Of a DNA stretch of 64,000 bases, positions 1 to 9,863 are shown one piece after another; the first letter of the stretch is position 1, and every line of letters starts with the position of its first letter. The translations under genes were made by a program, and so were the position numbers. Below the pieces are notes generated by a model. That model searched no databases. It was not told where the DNA came from and was given only the letters and a program-made list of their open reading frames with translations. This DNA is from Candidatus Nanopelagicales bacterium (GTDB lineage: Bacteria; Actinomycetota; Actinomycetes; S36-B12; JBBRLC01). The DNA lies in assembly GCA_038244765.1 (NCBI GenBank), contig JBBRTC010000005.1, positions 915-64,914 on the forward strand, in the 5' to 3' direction.

Positions 1-1172
1 TCGCTGCGCGCGTCTTGCAAGGTGCAGGCGCGGCGATTGCCTCGCCAACGGCTCTTGCCCTTATCGCTACCACCTTCCCGGAAGGCCCTCCGCGCAACCG
101 CGCCTTCGCGGTCTACGCCGCAATGTCTGGTGCCGGCGCCGCCGTCGGACTGATCGCGGGCGGACTTCTCACTGACTACCTGTCGTGGCGATGGGTGTTC
201 TGGGTCAACGTCCCGATTGGACTCTTCGTCGCGTTTGTCGCCCCCCGCGTACTCGGCGAATCAACACCCAAGCCAGGGAAATTCGACCTTCCCGGCGCGA
301 TCCTCGGCACCGTCGGGCTCACCAGTTTGGTGTACGGCATCACCCGAGCATCGACAAGCGGATGGGGCGACACAAAGACGGTCAGCTTTATCGGAATTGG
401 CGCGCTCCTCCTTGTGACCTTCATCATCGTCGAGAGTCGAAGTGCCGAACCGTTGATGCCACTTCGACTGTTTAGTGAACGCAATCGCGCCACGTCGTAC
501 GGAATTGCGCTGGTCGTCGGCGGCGCGATCCTGTCGATGTTCTTCTTCCTGTCGCTGTTTATCCAGGGAATTTTGCAGTACAGCCCGCTCAAGGCTGGGC
601 TGGCATTTCTGCCATTCACATTGGGGATCGTCTTTGGCGCTGGGAGCGCATCACAACTTATTCCTCGCCTACCACCGCGGATGATCGCTGCTCCTGGACT
701 CCTCATCGCGTCCTTCGGCATCTACCTCTTCTCTCGCCTTGAACCCACGTCGACGTACGTCAGCGGACTTCTCATCCCGATGATCATCACTGCAATTGGA
801 ATGGGGCTTACGTTCGTCACGCTCACGCTGACGGCGGTTTCGAGAGTGGAGGAGCGAGACACTGGTATTGCGTCCGGCGTTCTGAACGCGATGCAGCAAA
901 TCGGTGGATCGCTGGGGTTGGCGCTTCTTGCCACGCTGGCCGTGAACGTCACCACGAACAAGGTGATCGAAATTGTCGGCAATGCAGGGGGCAACCCAGC
1001 TGCGGGTCAGGGAGCGGGGGGGTACGCACCAGCGGAGGCTCTCACTAGCGGCTACACCGCGGCCTTCCTCGGCTCATCCATCGCGTTGTTGATCATGAGT
1101 TTCGTCGCGTTCATCGCGATGAACGCACCGAAACAAGAAGCGCCAGTCGCCGTCGCAGCGGCGGCTGCGTAG
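1..1172 (+). CDS. MFS transporter, DHA2 (EmrB/QacA-like) family, 5'-truncated by window edge
   Basis: ORF 15..1172 stays open to the window start. Multiple hydrophobic helices and a typical MFS stretch AAMSGAGAAVGLIAGGLLTDYLSWRWVFWVNVPIGL. Confidence 0.8.
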   Translation, partial: AARVLQGAGAAIASPTALALIATTFPEGPPRNRAFAVYAAMSGAGAAVGLIAGGLLTDYLSWRWVFWVNVPIGLFVAFVAPRVLGESTPKPGKFDLPGAILGTVGLTSLVYGITRASTSGWGDTKTVSFIGIGALLLVTFIIVESRSAEPLMPLRLFSERNRATSYGIALVVGGAILSMFFFLSLFIQGILQYSPLKAGLAFLPFTLGIVFGAGSASQLIPRLPPRMIAAPGLLIASFGIYLFSRLEPTSTYVSGLLIPMIITAIGMGLTFVTLTLTAVSRVEERDTGIASGVLNAMQQIGGSLGLALLATLAVNVTTNKVIEIVGNAGGNPAAGQGAGGYAPAEALTSGYTAAFLGSSIALLIMSFVAFIAMNAPKQEAPVAVAAAAA

Positions 1173-1205
1173 ACGAACCCAACCGGAGTGTCACAGCGCC
1201 GGTAG

Positions 1206-1245
1206 GACGAAGCCCCGCACCTCGAGATGACTGCGGGGCTTCGTC
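1206..1245. terminator. Bidirectional intrinsic-terminator-like hairpin between convergent MFS and hppA genes
   Basis: Perfect 14-bp inverted repeat GACGAAGCCCCGCA / TGCGGGGCTTCGTC with a 12-nt loop. Confidence 0.7.
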
Positions 1246-1285
1246 GTACTAATTGCGATGCGGAACCCAGAAACTGGGCGACGGA

Positions 1286-3649
1286 CTAAACCTCGATCGC
1301 CTCCGGGATCTCCGCGACCGGCTCTTCGCCGACTGTGATCGGACGGGACTTCGACACGAGAACAGCAGCCACAACAATGACCACCGCAGTGGCCGCAATC
1401 GCATAACGCCAGTTGTTCTGCTCTAGCGCCAAGGCGACGACTGCTGGAGCGATCAGCAACGACACCAGGTTCATCACCTTGATGAGCGGGTTAATCGCGG
1501 GACCGGCGGTGTCCTTAAACGGGTCGCCAACCGTGTCACCAATGACAGTCGCCGAGTGAGCCTCAGAACCCTTTCCGCCGAAGTTGCCGTCCTCGACAAA
1601 CTTCTTTGCGTTGTCCCAGGCCCCACCGGAATTGGAGAGGAAGACAGCCATCAAGGTGCCGGTGGCGATCGTCCCAGCGAGGTAGGCACCAAGCGGCCCG
1701 ATACCCAATCCGAAACCAACTGCGATCGGGGTAAAGAGCGCGAGTAGGCCCGGTGTTGCGAGCTCACGGAGCGAGTCACGCGTCACGATGTCGACGACCT
1801 TGCCGTACTCCGGCAACTCCGTGCCTTCCATGATTCCCGGGTGGTCGCGGAACTGGCGACGTACCTCGAAGATCACCGCGCCCGCAGCGCGCGACACCGC
1901 ATTGATGAGGAGGCCCGAGAACAAGAAGACGACGGCTGCACCGACGAGCAGACCGACCAGGTTGCGGGGGTCCGCCACGTTGAGGACACCGCCGTACTGG
2001 GCTTGGTCATTGATCGGCGGAATGACAAGATTCCCGCCCCGGATTGCCGACTGAGTCGCGGTCACCACGGCGTCACGGAATGATCCGAACAGCGCCGTCG
2101 CGGCGAGTACGGCAGTCGCGATCGCGATGCCCTTAGTGATTGCCTTGGTGGTGTTCCCAACGGCGTCGAGGCTGGTCAGGATTTGTGCACCTTCACCCTC
2201 GACATCGCCAGACATCTCTGCGATGCCTTGTGCGTTGTCTGATACTGGGCCAAAGGTGTCCATCGCGACGATGACGCCGACGGTGGTCAACAGACCCGTA
2301 CCGGCGAGGGCAATCGCGAACAGCGACAGCGTGATCGAGCCAGCGCCGAGGAGGAATGCGGCGTACACCGCAGCCCCGATAAGCAGCGCGGAGTACACCG
2401 CTGACTCCAAACCGAGCGACACACCCGCGAGGATCACCGTGGCAGGCCCGGTTAGTGACGACTTGGACACGTCGTCGACAGGCTTTCGGTTGGTCTCGGT
2501 GAAGTAGCCCGTGAGTTGTTGAATCGCGGCCGCAAGCACAATGCCGATGATCACTGCACCGATGGTGAGCAACCGAGGATTGAAGGTGTCGACATCGATA
2601 CCGAGGAACACGCTGGTGTTGCCTTCAAGAACAACACCCTTGAGCTGAGCAGCCGTGGAAGGCAACCACAAGAACGCCGCACCTACGACCATGAGGGCCG
2701 ACACAATCGCGGAGATAAAGAACCCACGGTTGATCGCGGTCATGCCGGAACGATCGCCGGGACGCGGCGAGACGGCGAAAATACCGATGACCGCGGTGAT
2801 GACGCCAATGGCAGGAACGACCAAAGGAAGAACGAGACCGACGTTGCCGAAGGCGGCCTTTCCGAGAATGAGCGCCGCGACCAGCATGACGGCGTACGAC
2901 TCGAACAGGTCCGCTGCCATGCCCGCGCAGTCACCCACGTTGTCACCGACGTTGTCAGCGATCGTGGCCGCGTTGCGCGGGTCGTCCTCAGGGATTCCCT
3001 GCTCGACCTTGCCCACCAGGTCGGCACCCACGTCGGCGGCCTTGGTGAAGATTCCGCCGCCCACACGCATGAACATGGCCAACAGCGCGGCACCGAATCC
3101 GAAGCCCTCCAGCACTGCAGGTGCTTCAGCTTTGTAGATCAACACAACAATGGATACGCCCAGAAGTCCTAGGCCAACGGTGAACATGCCCGCGACGCCG
3201 CCGGTCCGGAAGGCGATCTTCATCGCGCGCTGCTCGCCACCATCGCGGGCCGCCGCTGCGACGCGCACGTTGGCGCGTACCGCCAACCACATACCGACAT
3301 AGCCGGTGACACCGGAGAAGACTGCTCCGACTATGAAGAAGAGAGAACGACCGACTTTTTCGCTTGTCGTGTCCGCCGGAAGGACGAACAACACGAAGAA
3401 GACCAGAACCGCGAAGAACGCGAGCGTCCGGAATTGGCGACTCAGATACGCAGATGCACCTTCCTGAATCGCTGAAGCAATGTTCTTCATGCTCTCGGTG
3501 CCCTCATCAGCGGCGAGAACTTCACGTGCGAGAACAGCGGCTACTAGCAGCGCGAGGACGGCAATGAGCGCCACCACGGCAACCGTGACCAAGTTGCTCC
3601 CGGCGAGTTCGACGCTCACCGCATCAGCGGCGCTTGTCACTCCGGACAT
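1286..3649 (-). CDS. hppA: Membrane-bound H+-translocating pyrophosphatase
   Basis: About 16 TM segments. Motifs GDNVGDCAG and DNAKKFVE, plus GDTVGDPFKDTAGP. ATG at 3649 preceded by AAGGAGA (the maximal ORF runs to 3691). Confidence 0.93.
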   Translation of the reverse strand: MSGVTSAADAVSVELAGSNLVTVAVVALIAVLALLVAAVLAREVLAADEGTESMKNIASAIQEGASAYLSRQFRTLAFFAVLVFFVLFVLPADTTSEKVGRSLFFIVGAVFSGVTGYVGMWLAVRANVRVAAAARDGGEQRAMKIAFRTGGVAGMFTVGLGLLGVSIVVLIYKAEAPAVLEGFGFGAALLAMFMRVGGGIFTKAADVGADLVGKVEQGIPEDDPRNAATIADNVGDNVGDCAGMAADLFESYAVMLVAALILGKAAFGNVGLVLPLVVPAIGVITAVIGIFAVSPRPGDRSGMTAINRGFFISAIVSALMVVGAAFLWLPSTAAQLKGVVLEGNTSVFLGIDVDTFNPRLLTIGAVIIGIVLAAAIQQLTGYFTETNRKPVDDVSKSSLTGPATVILAGVSLGLESAVYSALLIGAAVYAAFLLGAGSITLSLFAIALAGTGLLTTVGVIVAMDTFGPVSDNAQGIAEMSGDVEGEGAQILTSLDAVGNTTKAITKGIAIATAVLAATALFGSFRDAVVTATQSAIRGGNLVIPPINDQAQYGGVLNVADPRNLVGLLVGAAVVFLFSGLLINAVSRAAGAVIFEVRRQFRDHPGIMEGTELPEYGKVVDIVTRDSLRELATPGLLALFTPIAVGFGLGIGPLGAYLAGTIATGTLMAVFLSNSGGAWDNAKKFVEDGNFGGKGSEAHSATVIGDTVGDPFKDTAGPAINPLIKVMNLVSLLIAPAVVALALEQNNWRYAIAATAVVIVVAAVLVSKSRPITVGEEPVAEIPEAIEV

Positions 3650-3972
3650 GCGATCTCCTTGAGACGTTGGCCCGAACCGGGGGATGCGCACGTGGGCGTA
3701 CGCGGGAATCCGGCAGGCGTTTGCGGGGTGTCACGCACTCACCGGACACGAATCCGCGGCCGCAAGAGCGACACCGGGGGCTCCGTGACGATGCCTGGAT
3801 TCCTCGCGAGGAGGCCCGGGCCGTCCGTGACCGGCGCAGTCTACGCAGCGCGACAACGGGCTCACGCCAGGGTCAATCTCGACCCAAATGAGGCCAGTTC
3901 AGCCTCTCACTCGCTGTGACGCTCTCGACCAGGGCTCTTGCTCCCCTGAGCCGTGAGGGCCATGAGTTCAGG

Positions 3973-4419
3973 TCAGGCCGATCGAGGCCAACTCATCACG
4001 ACCTGGGTAGACCCGGGAGTGGATCCCGCTCGGACTTCGTGAGAAGGGATCAAACCGGCAATCACAGCTAGGGACAACGCGTCGGGGTCAGCCAGATCAA
4101 TATCGATAGTTGCTTGTTCGGCGGTGGGACCCGTCTGAGCTGGAGTTGAACCGGTCGGGTCGATACGACCGCCAACATGATCTGCCACCGACACCGTGAA
4201 CTCGTCGGCGTCGTCGGTGAAAGTCACTTCAATTGGAACTACCGAACCTGCGCTGACGTGCCGGCGTACGGCGCGCGAGCAGGCTTCTGCAACGGCGAGG
4301 CGCACGTCATCGAGCAATTCCTCGGAGACCCCACTGCGTCGAGCCGCCACGGCGGCAACGAGTCGCGCCGTGCGCACTTGGTCGGCTCGAGGCGACAGGC
4401 TCATCGATACGTCAGGCAC
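3973..4419 (-). CDS. Anti-sigma regulatory factor (RsbW/SpoIIAB-like Ser kinase fold, ApgA-like)
   Basis: Small HATPase-like protein immediately downstream of the STAS antagonist. N-box-like stretch LAVAEACSRAVRRH. Pairing as in the Streptomyces bldG-apgA locus. Confidence 0.7.
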   Translation of the reverse strand: MPDVSMSLSPRADQVRTARLVAAVAARRSGVSEELLDDVRLAVAEACSRAVRRHVSAGSVVPIEVTFTDDADEFTVSVADHVGGRIDPTGSTPAQTGPTAEQATIDIDLADPDALSLAVIAGLIPSHEVRAGSTPGSTQVVMSWPRSA

Positions 4420-4431
4420 TGCGAGGCCGAA

Positions 4432-4773
4432 TCAATGCGTCGCGGCAAAAGCGTCGGCGAGAGTTGCGTGCAAGGGAATGACTGCGTCAAGACCGGTTAC
4501 CTTGAAGACCTTCGCAATCCGATCCGACGTGACGACGAGCCGCAAAGTGCCTTCGTGATCGCGAACCCGTTTCAGTGCTTTGACGAGGACGCCCAGGCCA
4601 CTGGAGTCGAGAAAGTCCACACCGGTGAGGTCCACGATTACTTGCGGCGAGGGCTGAGATGTCAGCGGTTCGAGCGCCTCATCCAAAGCCGGGGCAGTAA
4701 AGACGTCCACCTCACCCGACGGAGCGACAACAGTGAAGCCAGCCTCCTCGCGGGTGGTCAGAGACAAATCCAC
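4432..4773 (-). CDS. bldG: Anti-sigma factor antagonist (STAS domain), BldG-like
   Basis: MDLSL...GEVDVFTAPAL...GVDFLDSSGLGVLV...LRLV...KVFKVTGL resembles BldG/RsfB-type STAS proteins as I recall them. The conserved phospho-Ser context DFLDSSG is present. Confidence 0.85.
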   Translation of the reverse strand: MDLSLTTREEAGFTVVAPSGEVDVFTAPALDEALEPLTSQPSPQVIVDLTGVDFLDSSGLGVLVKALKRVRDHEGTLRLVVTSDRIAKVFKVTGLDAVIPLHATLADAFAATH

Positions 4774-4940
4774 TGGTACGCCTCCTGCGTCTGTTGCCGA
4801 ACTCTCCTGGGTTCACTCTGGCATACGAGCCTGAGCGGCGAGAGGTTCCGCACGTACTGGCGACCCGAGCCCGGGGCGCCTGGAACCCCCGACGGCATCG
4901 CGAACGCCGACATCGAGGGAGTGGGGGTGAGAATGCGGGG

Positions 4941-7289
4941 GTGGGTCAGGGGTTGGAGAGTTGGAGATCGCGCGCCCGCGACGGGCGGCTAGTCCATGTC
5001 GAACACATCCCTGCCCGAGAAGCAACCTTCGCAAATTGGCCCCCCTGGGTCGACCCCGCCCTCGAATTGGCGCTCGTGGCAAGTGGCATCGCGCAGCCGT
5101 GGGCGCACCAAGTGGAGGCTGCCGATCTTGCTCACGCTGGGAGCCACACCGTGATCTCGACGGGGACGGCATCCGGAAAGAGCATCGCCTACTGGTTGCC
5201 AACGCTGACGTCGTCGCTCGTCGGCACCCGCTCCATGAGCGGACGTGGAGCGACTGTTCTCTACATTGCGCCCACAAAAGCGTTGGCCCATGACCAGCAA
5301 GCTCGCATCAAGTCGCTGGAACTTCCCTCGTTGCGCGTCGCGGCGTACGACGGGGATACGCCACGCGAGGAACGAACGTGGGTACGCGCACACGCTGCCT
5401 ATGTTGTGACCAATCCCGACATGGTGCATCGATCAATTCTTCCCGGGCATCAGGCGTGGAAGTCGTTCTTTCGCGCTCTCACCTATGTCGTGCTCGACGA
5501 GTGCCACGTCTATCGTGGGGTTTTCGGTTCCCATACCGCGAATGTCATTCGTCGCCTCCGTCGCATCGCGAATCACTACGGCGCTAACCCGACATTCGTG
5601 TGCTCATCGGCAACCATCGCTAACCCCAGCTCCACGGCATCGCGATTGACCGGACTACCCATGGCTGCGGTGACCGATGACGCTTCGCCCCGTGGGGCAG
5701 CAGAGTTCCTCCTATGGGAACCACCCATGGTCAACGATGCGCGACGATCGGCCGTCGCTGAAAGCGCAGACTTACTTGCGGACTTAGTCATCGATGGCGC
5801 GTCCACTTTAGCCTTCGCCCGCTCGCGAAGATCGGCAGAAATCATCGCGCTGGCCACGCGCGCCCACCTCGATGATGTCGACCCGGCGCTCGGCGAGTTG
5901 GTCGCGGCATATCGCGGTGGTTACCTTCCAGACGAACGTCGCGAGTTGGAAAATGCCCTGCGCGATGGGCGACTGCGGGCATTGGCAACCACGAACGCTC
6001 TTGAACTCGGCATCGATATGACGGGACTCGATGCCGTGCTGATGTGCGGCTGGCCCGGGACCCGTGCGGCCCTGTGGCAGCAGGCCGGTCGCGCAGGTCG
6101 GGGAACCAAGGATGCCCTCGCGATCTTTGTGGCCCGTGATGATCCACTTGATACCTATCTCGTTCGAAACCCGACTGCGCTCTTTGGTGCGCCGGTCGAA
6201 GCGAGCGTGAGCGACCCGAGTAACCCGTACGTCTTGGGGCCTCATCTGTGCGCGGCAGCTGCCGAGTTACCGCTGACTGACGATGACCTCTCGATCTTTG
6301 CTGCTGATCCGGCCGAGTTGGAATCACTCCAGGTGTTGATGGACAGCCTGGTCTCTGATGATTTGCTTCGTCGGCGCACTGCCGGGTGGTTCTGGACCCG
6401 CCCCGAACGCGCGGCCGACCTTGCGGATCTGCGCGGCACCGGCGATCCCGCAGTGAGGGTGGCAGAAGAAAGCACCGGGCGCCTGCTAGGAACAGTTGAT
6501 TCGGGGGCAGCACACTCCAGCGTTCACCCGGGTGCGATCTATCTGCATCAAGGGTTGACGTACCTCGTTCGTAGCCTCGACCAAGAAGCTCACGTAGCAC
6601 TGGTTGAACCGATCACGGTGGACTACTCCACCCATGCGCGAGATATCAGCCATCTAAGGATTGTGAGCGCTGACGAGCAGCGTGAGTGGGGCGACGCCAC
6701 GATTTCGCACGGCACCGTCGAGGTCACATCACAGGTTGTGTCCTTCCACCGACGCCAAGACATCACCGGGGAAGTCATCGACGAGACCCGACTCGACCTG
6801 CCGCCGCGCCAACGGAGCACGCATGCCGTGTGGTGGACGGTGTCCGCTGACCAACTCACCAAAGCCGGGTTGGGTCCGGTCGATATTCCGGGTGCTGCGC
6901 ATGCCGCTGAACACGCCTCGATCGGCCTGTTGCCACTGTTCGCGAGTTGCGACCGTTGGGATATTGGGGGAATCTCCACCGCACTTCACCCTGATACCGG
7001 CCGGATGACTGTCGTGGTCTACGACGGCCATCACGGTGGCGCGGGATTCGCCGAACGCGGGTTCCTCGCCGCACGCGAGTGGCTTGACGCGACACGAGAC
7101 GCGATCACCTCGTGTCCGTGCAAGGAAGGGTGTCCGTCGTGCGTCCAGTCGCCTAAGTGCGGCAACGGGAATGAGCCGTTGGACAAGTACGGCGCCATCC
7201 GGTTACTCACGGTGTTACTGGCGGACCCGCGCGGGCACGGACCCGGATCATCGGAACCCCTTGGTGAGCCAACTGTGCGAGTCGTGTGA
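4941..7289 (+). CDS. DEAD/DEAH-box (DECH) helicase with C-terminal DUF1998 zinc module (MrfA/YprA-like; Rv3649-like)
   Basis: Walker A TGTASGKS, DECH box VLDECHVY, helicase C motifs, C-terminal CPCKEGCPSCVQSPKCGN. Start uncertain: the maximal ORF begins at 4794, and the in-frame GTG at 4941 precedes the conserved N-terminus. Confidence 0.88.
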   Translation: MGQGLESWRSRARDGRLVHVEHIPAREATFANWPPWVDPALELALVASGIAQPWAHQVEAADLAHAGSHTVISTGTASGKSIAYWLPTLTSSLVGTRSMSGRGATVLYIAPTKALAHDQQARIKSLELPSLRVAAYDGDTPREERTWVRAHAAYVVTNPDMVHRSILPGHQAWKSFFRALTYVVLDECHVYRGVFGSHTANVIRRLRRIANHYGANPTFVCSSATIANPSSTASRLTGLPMAAVTDDASPRGAAEFLLWEPPMVNDARRSAVAESADLLADLVIDGASTLAFARSRRSAEIIALATRAHLDDVDPALGELVAAYRGGYLPDERRELENALRDGRLRALATTNALELGIDMTGLDAVLMCGWPGTRAALWQQAGRAGRGTKDALAIFVARDDPLDTYLVRNPTALFGAPVEASVSDPSNPYVLGPHLCAAAAELPLTDDDLSIFAADPAELESLQVLMDSLVSDDLLRRRTAGWFWTRPERAADLADLRGTGDPAVRVAEESTGRLLGTVDSGAAHSSVHPGAIYLHQGLTYLVRSLDQEAHVALVEPITVDYSTHARDISHLRIVSADEQREWGDATISHGTVEVTSQVVSFHRRQDITGEVIDETRLDLPPRQRSTHAVWWTVSADQLTKAGLGPVDIPGAAHAAEHASIGLLPLFASCDRWDIGGISTALHPDTGRMTVVVYDGHHGGAGFAERGFLAAREWLDATRDAITSCPCKEGCPSCVQSPKCGNGNEPLDKYGAIRLLTVLLADPRGHGPGSSEPLGEPTVRVV

Positions 7290-7629
7290 CCAGTTCGGGC
7301 ACGGGCAATTCCACCAACACGGTCACGTTCGGAAAGTCGACCTGGCAACTCACGAGAACGGCATGGTTTTCACGCGCGACCTCGCCAGACTCCTCGCACG
7401 CCACGACCTCATCTGTCTGCGCAAGTTGGGCGGCTCCTGCCAGCGCGGACATGTCGGCGGCGATGGAGACGCGTTGACGCACCAATGCAACCTGCGCGAT
7501 CGCGACGGCGGCGGTTCCCGCGAACGCGATCACCGCCGCAAGAACCAGAACCCAAATGGTGGCCATCCCCGTCTGCCCCTCATCAAGGGCGGACGCGGGT
7601 GGGGTTTGGGAAAACTGCCACGCCTTCAT
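7207..7629 (-). CDS. Helicase/secretion-neighbourhood TadE-like protein (Rv3654c-like)
   Basis: N-terminal DEGQTGMATIWVLVLAAVIAFAG hydrophobic segment. ATGA start/stop overlap with the upstream TadE-like gene. Position within the tad-like operon. Confidence 0.7.
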   Translation of the reverse strand: MKAWQFSQTPPASALDEGQTGMATIWVLVLAAVIAFAGTAAVAIAQVALVRQRVSIAADMSALAGAAQLAQTDEVVACEESGEVARENHAVLVSCQVDFPNVTVLVELPVPELVTRLAQLAHQGVPMIRVRARAGPPVTP

Positions 7630-8009
7630 GATGCCAGCGACTCCACCCGCGCCGTCGCGTCACCGTGGATCTCAAAGCTGCCGAGGTCGCGCAAGAAAGC
7701 AATCGGCGAGGCTTCGGACCAATGAACCCGCACAACAACACGATCCCCCACGCCGTCAATCTCAACGACCGCGCGCGGGTCGGTCTGGCGGACGGCTGCA
7801 CGCAAGGACTCCCAGGAGTCCCCGCGTGCAGCCGATCGCGCCGTACGTTGTGCGATGTCCGTCGCACGCGTGTGAGCCGAGGCGAGCGAAAGGATCCACA
7901 GAACTACGACCAGGAGAACTACTAGCACCGGAAACACGACCGCGGTTTCCGCGGTCACGTATCCGTCGTCAGCACGCCGAAAGGCCGAACTCCTACGGTG
8001 GTTCACCAT
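7626..8009 (-). CDS. TadE-family pilus assembly/minor pilin-like protein (Rv3655c-like)
   Basis: TadE N-terminal signature GYVTAETAVVFPVLVVLLVV. ATG at 8009 chosen so it does not overlap the Flp gene (the maximal ORF runs to 8063). Confidence 0.7.
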   Translation of the reverse strand: MVNHRRSSAFRRADDGYVTAETAVVFPVLVVLLVVVLWILSLASAHTRATDIAQRTARSAARGDSWESLRAAVRQTDPRAVVEIDGVGDRVVVRVHWSEASPIAFLRDLGSFEIHGDATARVESLAS

Positions 8010-8023
8010 CGCCGCCACTCTCC

Positions 8024-8203
8024 CTAGAACAAAAACGAAAATGCGCCCTTGACCACGTTCCACAGCAGGTTGGCGACGTTGTCACCGGTAAGCAACTTCA
8101 TCAGAATTCCGCCGAGGCCGGCAGTGGCGCAGGTACCGACGGCGTATTCAGCCGTCGTCATTCCAGCGTCATTGCAACGCACTCGCGTGAGAATCTTCGG
8201 CAT
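8024..8203 (-). CDS. Flp-type prepilin (DUF4244 / Rv3656c-like), 59 aa
   Basis: My own translation: MPKILTRVRCNDAGMTTAEYAVGTCATAGLGGILMKLLTGDNVANLLWNVVKGAFSFLF. Flp cleavage motif G/MTTAEY followed by a hydrophobic helix. Strong RBS GAGGGGGA upstream. Absent from the ORF track, which lists no ORF below 60 aa. Confidence 0.8.
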   Translation of the reverse strand: MPKILTRVRCNDAGMTTAEYAVGTCATAGLGGILMKLLTGDNVANLLWNVVKGAFSFLF

Positions 8204-8349
8204 TTGTCCCCCTCATTCATTGCCCAACCGAAGGTCAGGCCGACGCCGGAGTTGGCGTCACAACTGACCCTGGACGGAACCCGCCGGTCCGGTCCCACGC
8301 CCGAACGAATCTGGGGATGACTCACCGACGCTGGCAGGTGGGGATGACC

Positions 8350-9162
8350 TCAAACAATCCAGAGGGTCCGGACGAAACCCGCAACAACGGGGACCACCCC
8401 AATCAGCAGAAATGCGGGCAGAAAGCAAAAACCCAGTGGCGCAACCGCTTTGATCCCAATGGCTTTGGCCGCGGACTCCAGCGCACGTCCCCTTTCGCTA
8501 TCAAGATCTTCTGCCAATCTGGCCAACGTTTCCTGTACGGGTGCACCTGTTCGCGCGGTTCGTTCGAATGCGGCAGCCAGTGGAATCAGTTTCCTCCCCG
8601 CGGTGGAATCAACTGACCAACAGGCGGCGGGATCTGCACCTAGATCCATTCTGGCTACGACCGTCGACAGGGTCGTCTTGAGTGGTTCGTCGATCGCATC
8701 GCGCACCGCAGCCGACGCGTCTCTGAGCGTCGCACCGGCCGCCAGGCAGGATCCGAGCAGCATCGCCACCTCCGGAAGCTGCGCCGTCGCTGCCTCCCGT
8801 TCTTGCCGAACTCGGGTGGGTTCCAACTTTGACAACAGGACAGGTCCAAGCGTAAGGATCGCGGCCGCCGCGATCCCCCCGAGGACGCCACCGACGACCA
8901 CAAAGACTCCCGCGCCCAGTGCCAGCGACGAGGCGACGCGATTCCATCCGAGAGATCCGAAATGTCGTCTCCCTTTTATGGCGCCGCCTGTGCGAATGGC
9001 TGGGTCATGACGACTCGCCGCGTGCATCGTCACGGCGACGACGCGCTGGTGGGGACGTGGGTCCGGTGCAGTCCAGACGACGTACGCCGCGAGAGCGAAC
9101 ATCAAGGCGATGACCACTACGGCATCCGACTCTCGACGGTGCGCACGAGGCGCGCCATCCAC
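8350..9162 (-). CDS. Type II secretion system F-family membrane protein (TadC-like, Rv3657c-like)
   Basis: Polytopic membrane protein in the tad operon. Start uncertain: ATG at 9162, or GTG at 9117 overlapping the upstream stop. Confidence 0.72.
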   Translation of the reverse strand: MDGAPRAHRRESDAVVVIALMFALAAYVVWTAPDPRPHQRVVAVTMHAASRHDPAIRTGGAIKGRRHFGSLGWNRVASSLALGAGVFVVVGGVLGGIAAAAILTLGPVLLSKLEPTRVRQEREAATAQLPEVAMLLGSCLAAGATLRDASAAVRDAIDEPLKTTLSTVVARMDLGADPAACWSVDSTAGRKLIPLAAAFERTARTGAPVQETLARLAEDLDSERGRALESAAKAIGIKAVAPLGFCFLPAFLLIGVVPVVAGFVRTLWIV

Positions 9163-9863
9163 CAGAAGCCCAGGAGATCAAGAACGACTCCGGTGCCAAG
9201 GACGAGGAGACCGAGAGGCGAACCAACCAACCAACCCACGGGATCGGCGCCCAAAGCATGACCAATCATCAAGCCCATGATGGGCAATGACCCAACGAGT
9301 CGGGCCGTCGCCCGAGGCGCCGCCAATTCCGAGGACAGTTGGCGGCGTACATCGTTGTCGCGTGACGCGCGCGCGATGAGCCGATCGACCGCTTCCGCAA
9401 ACCGCGCCCCGGACGCTTCCCCGATCTGCCAACATGCCGCCAACCCCCGTAGCACCGATCCACCGGCCACCCTGGAATCGTGACGCAAAGCCACGTCGAC
9501 ACCCGCGCCCAGATTCGCTGCAACAAGCGCGCCCGGGCACACGGACGTCGGCGCGAAGATTGATGCTTCGCGTAACGCAACTCCCGGCGGCTGGCCCGCA
9601 CGTAACTCCGCACTCAACGCCACCAACAGCGTGATGACATCAGTACGGCGGGTCTGCTCAGCCCGGCGAGCCGACCCGGGAATTCGTATGGCCGACATGG
9701 TCTTCCGATGAGATGGGCGCCTGGCAAGCGCCTCGGAGACCGGCAACACCGAAATTGCGGCCAGTGCCCGAGCGCGCCGCCGACTCCGCGCGGGTATCGA
9801 TTCGGTGACCAACCAGATGGCACCAACGCCAGTCAATGCGATCCAGAAGTCTGGGCTGCTCAT
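9117..9863 (-). CDS. Type II secretion system F-family membrane protein (TadB-like, Rv3658c-like)
   Basis: Membrane protein. ATG at 9863 forms an ATGA overlap with the tadA-like stop (the maximal ORF runs to 9923). Confidence 0.72.
   Translation of the reverse strand: MSSPDFWIALTGVGAIWLVTESIPARSRRRARALAAISVLPVSEALARRPSHRKTMSAIRIPGSARRAEQTRRTDVITLLVALSAELRAGQPPGVALREASIFAPTSVCPGALVAANLGAGVDVALRHDSRVAGGSVLRGLAACWQIGEASGARFAEAVDRLIARASRDNDVRRQLSSELAAPRATARLVGSLPIMGLMIGHALGADPVGWLVGSPLGLLVLGTGVVLDLLGFWWMARLVRTVESRMP

Noticed and set aside
4177-4992. 271-aa plus-strand ORF across the anti-sigma/STAS genes and the helicase upstream region
   Set aside because: It is antisense to two genes with clear family signatures and has no motifs of its own.
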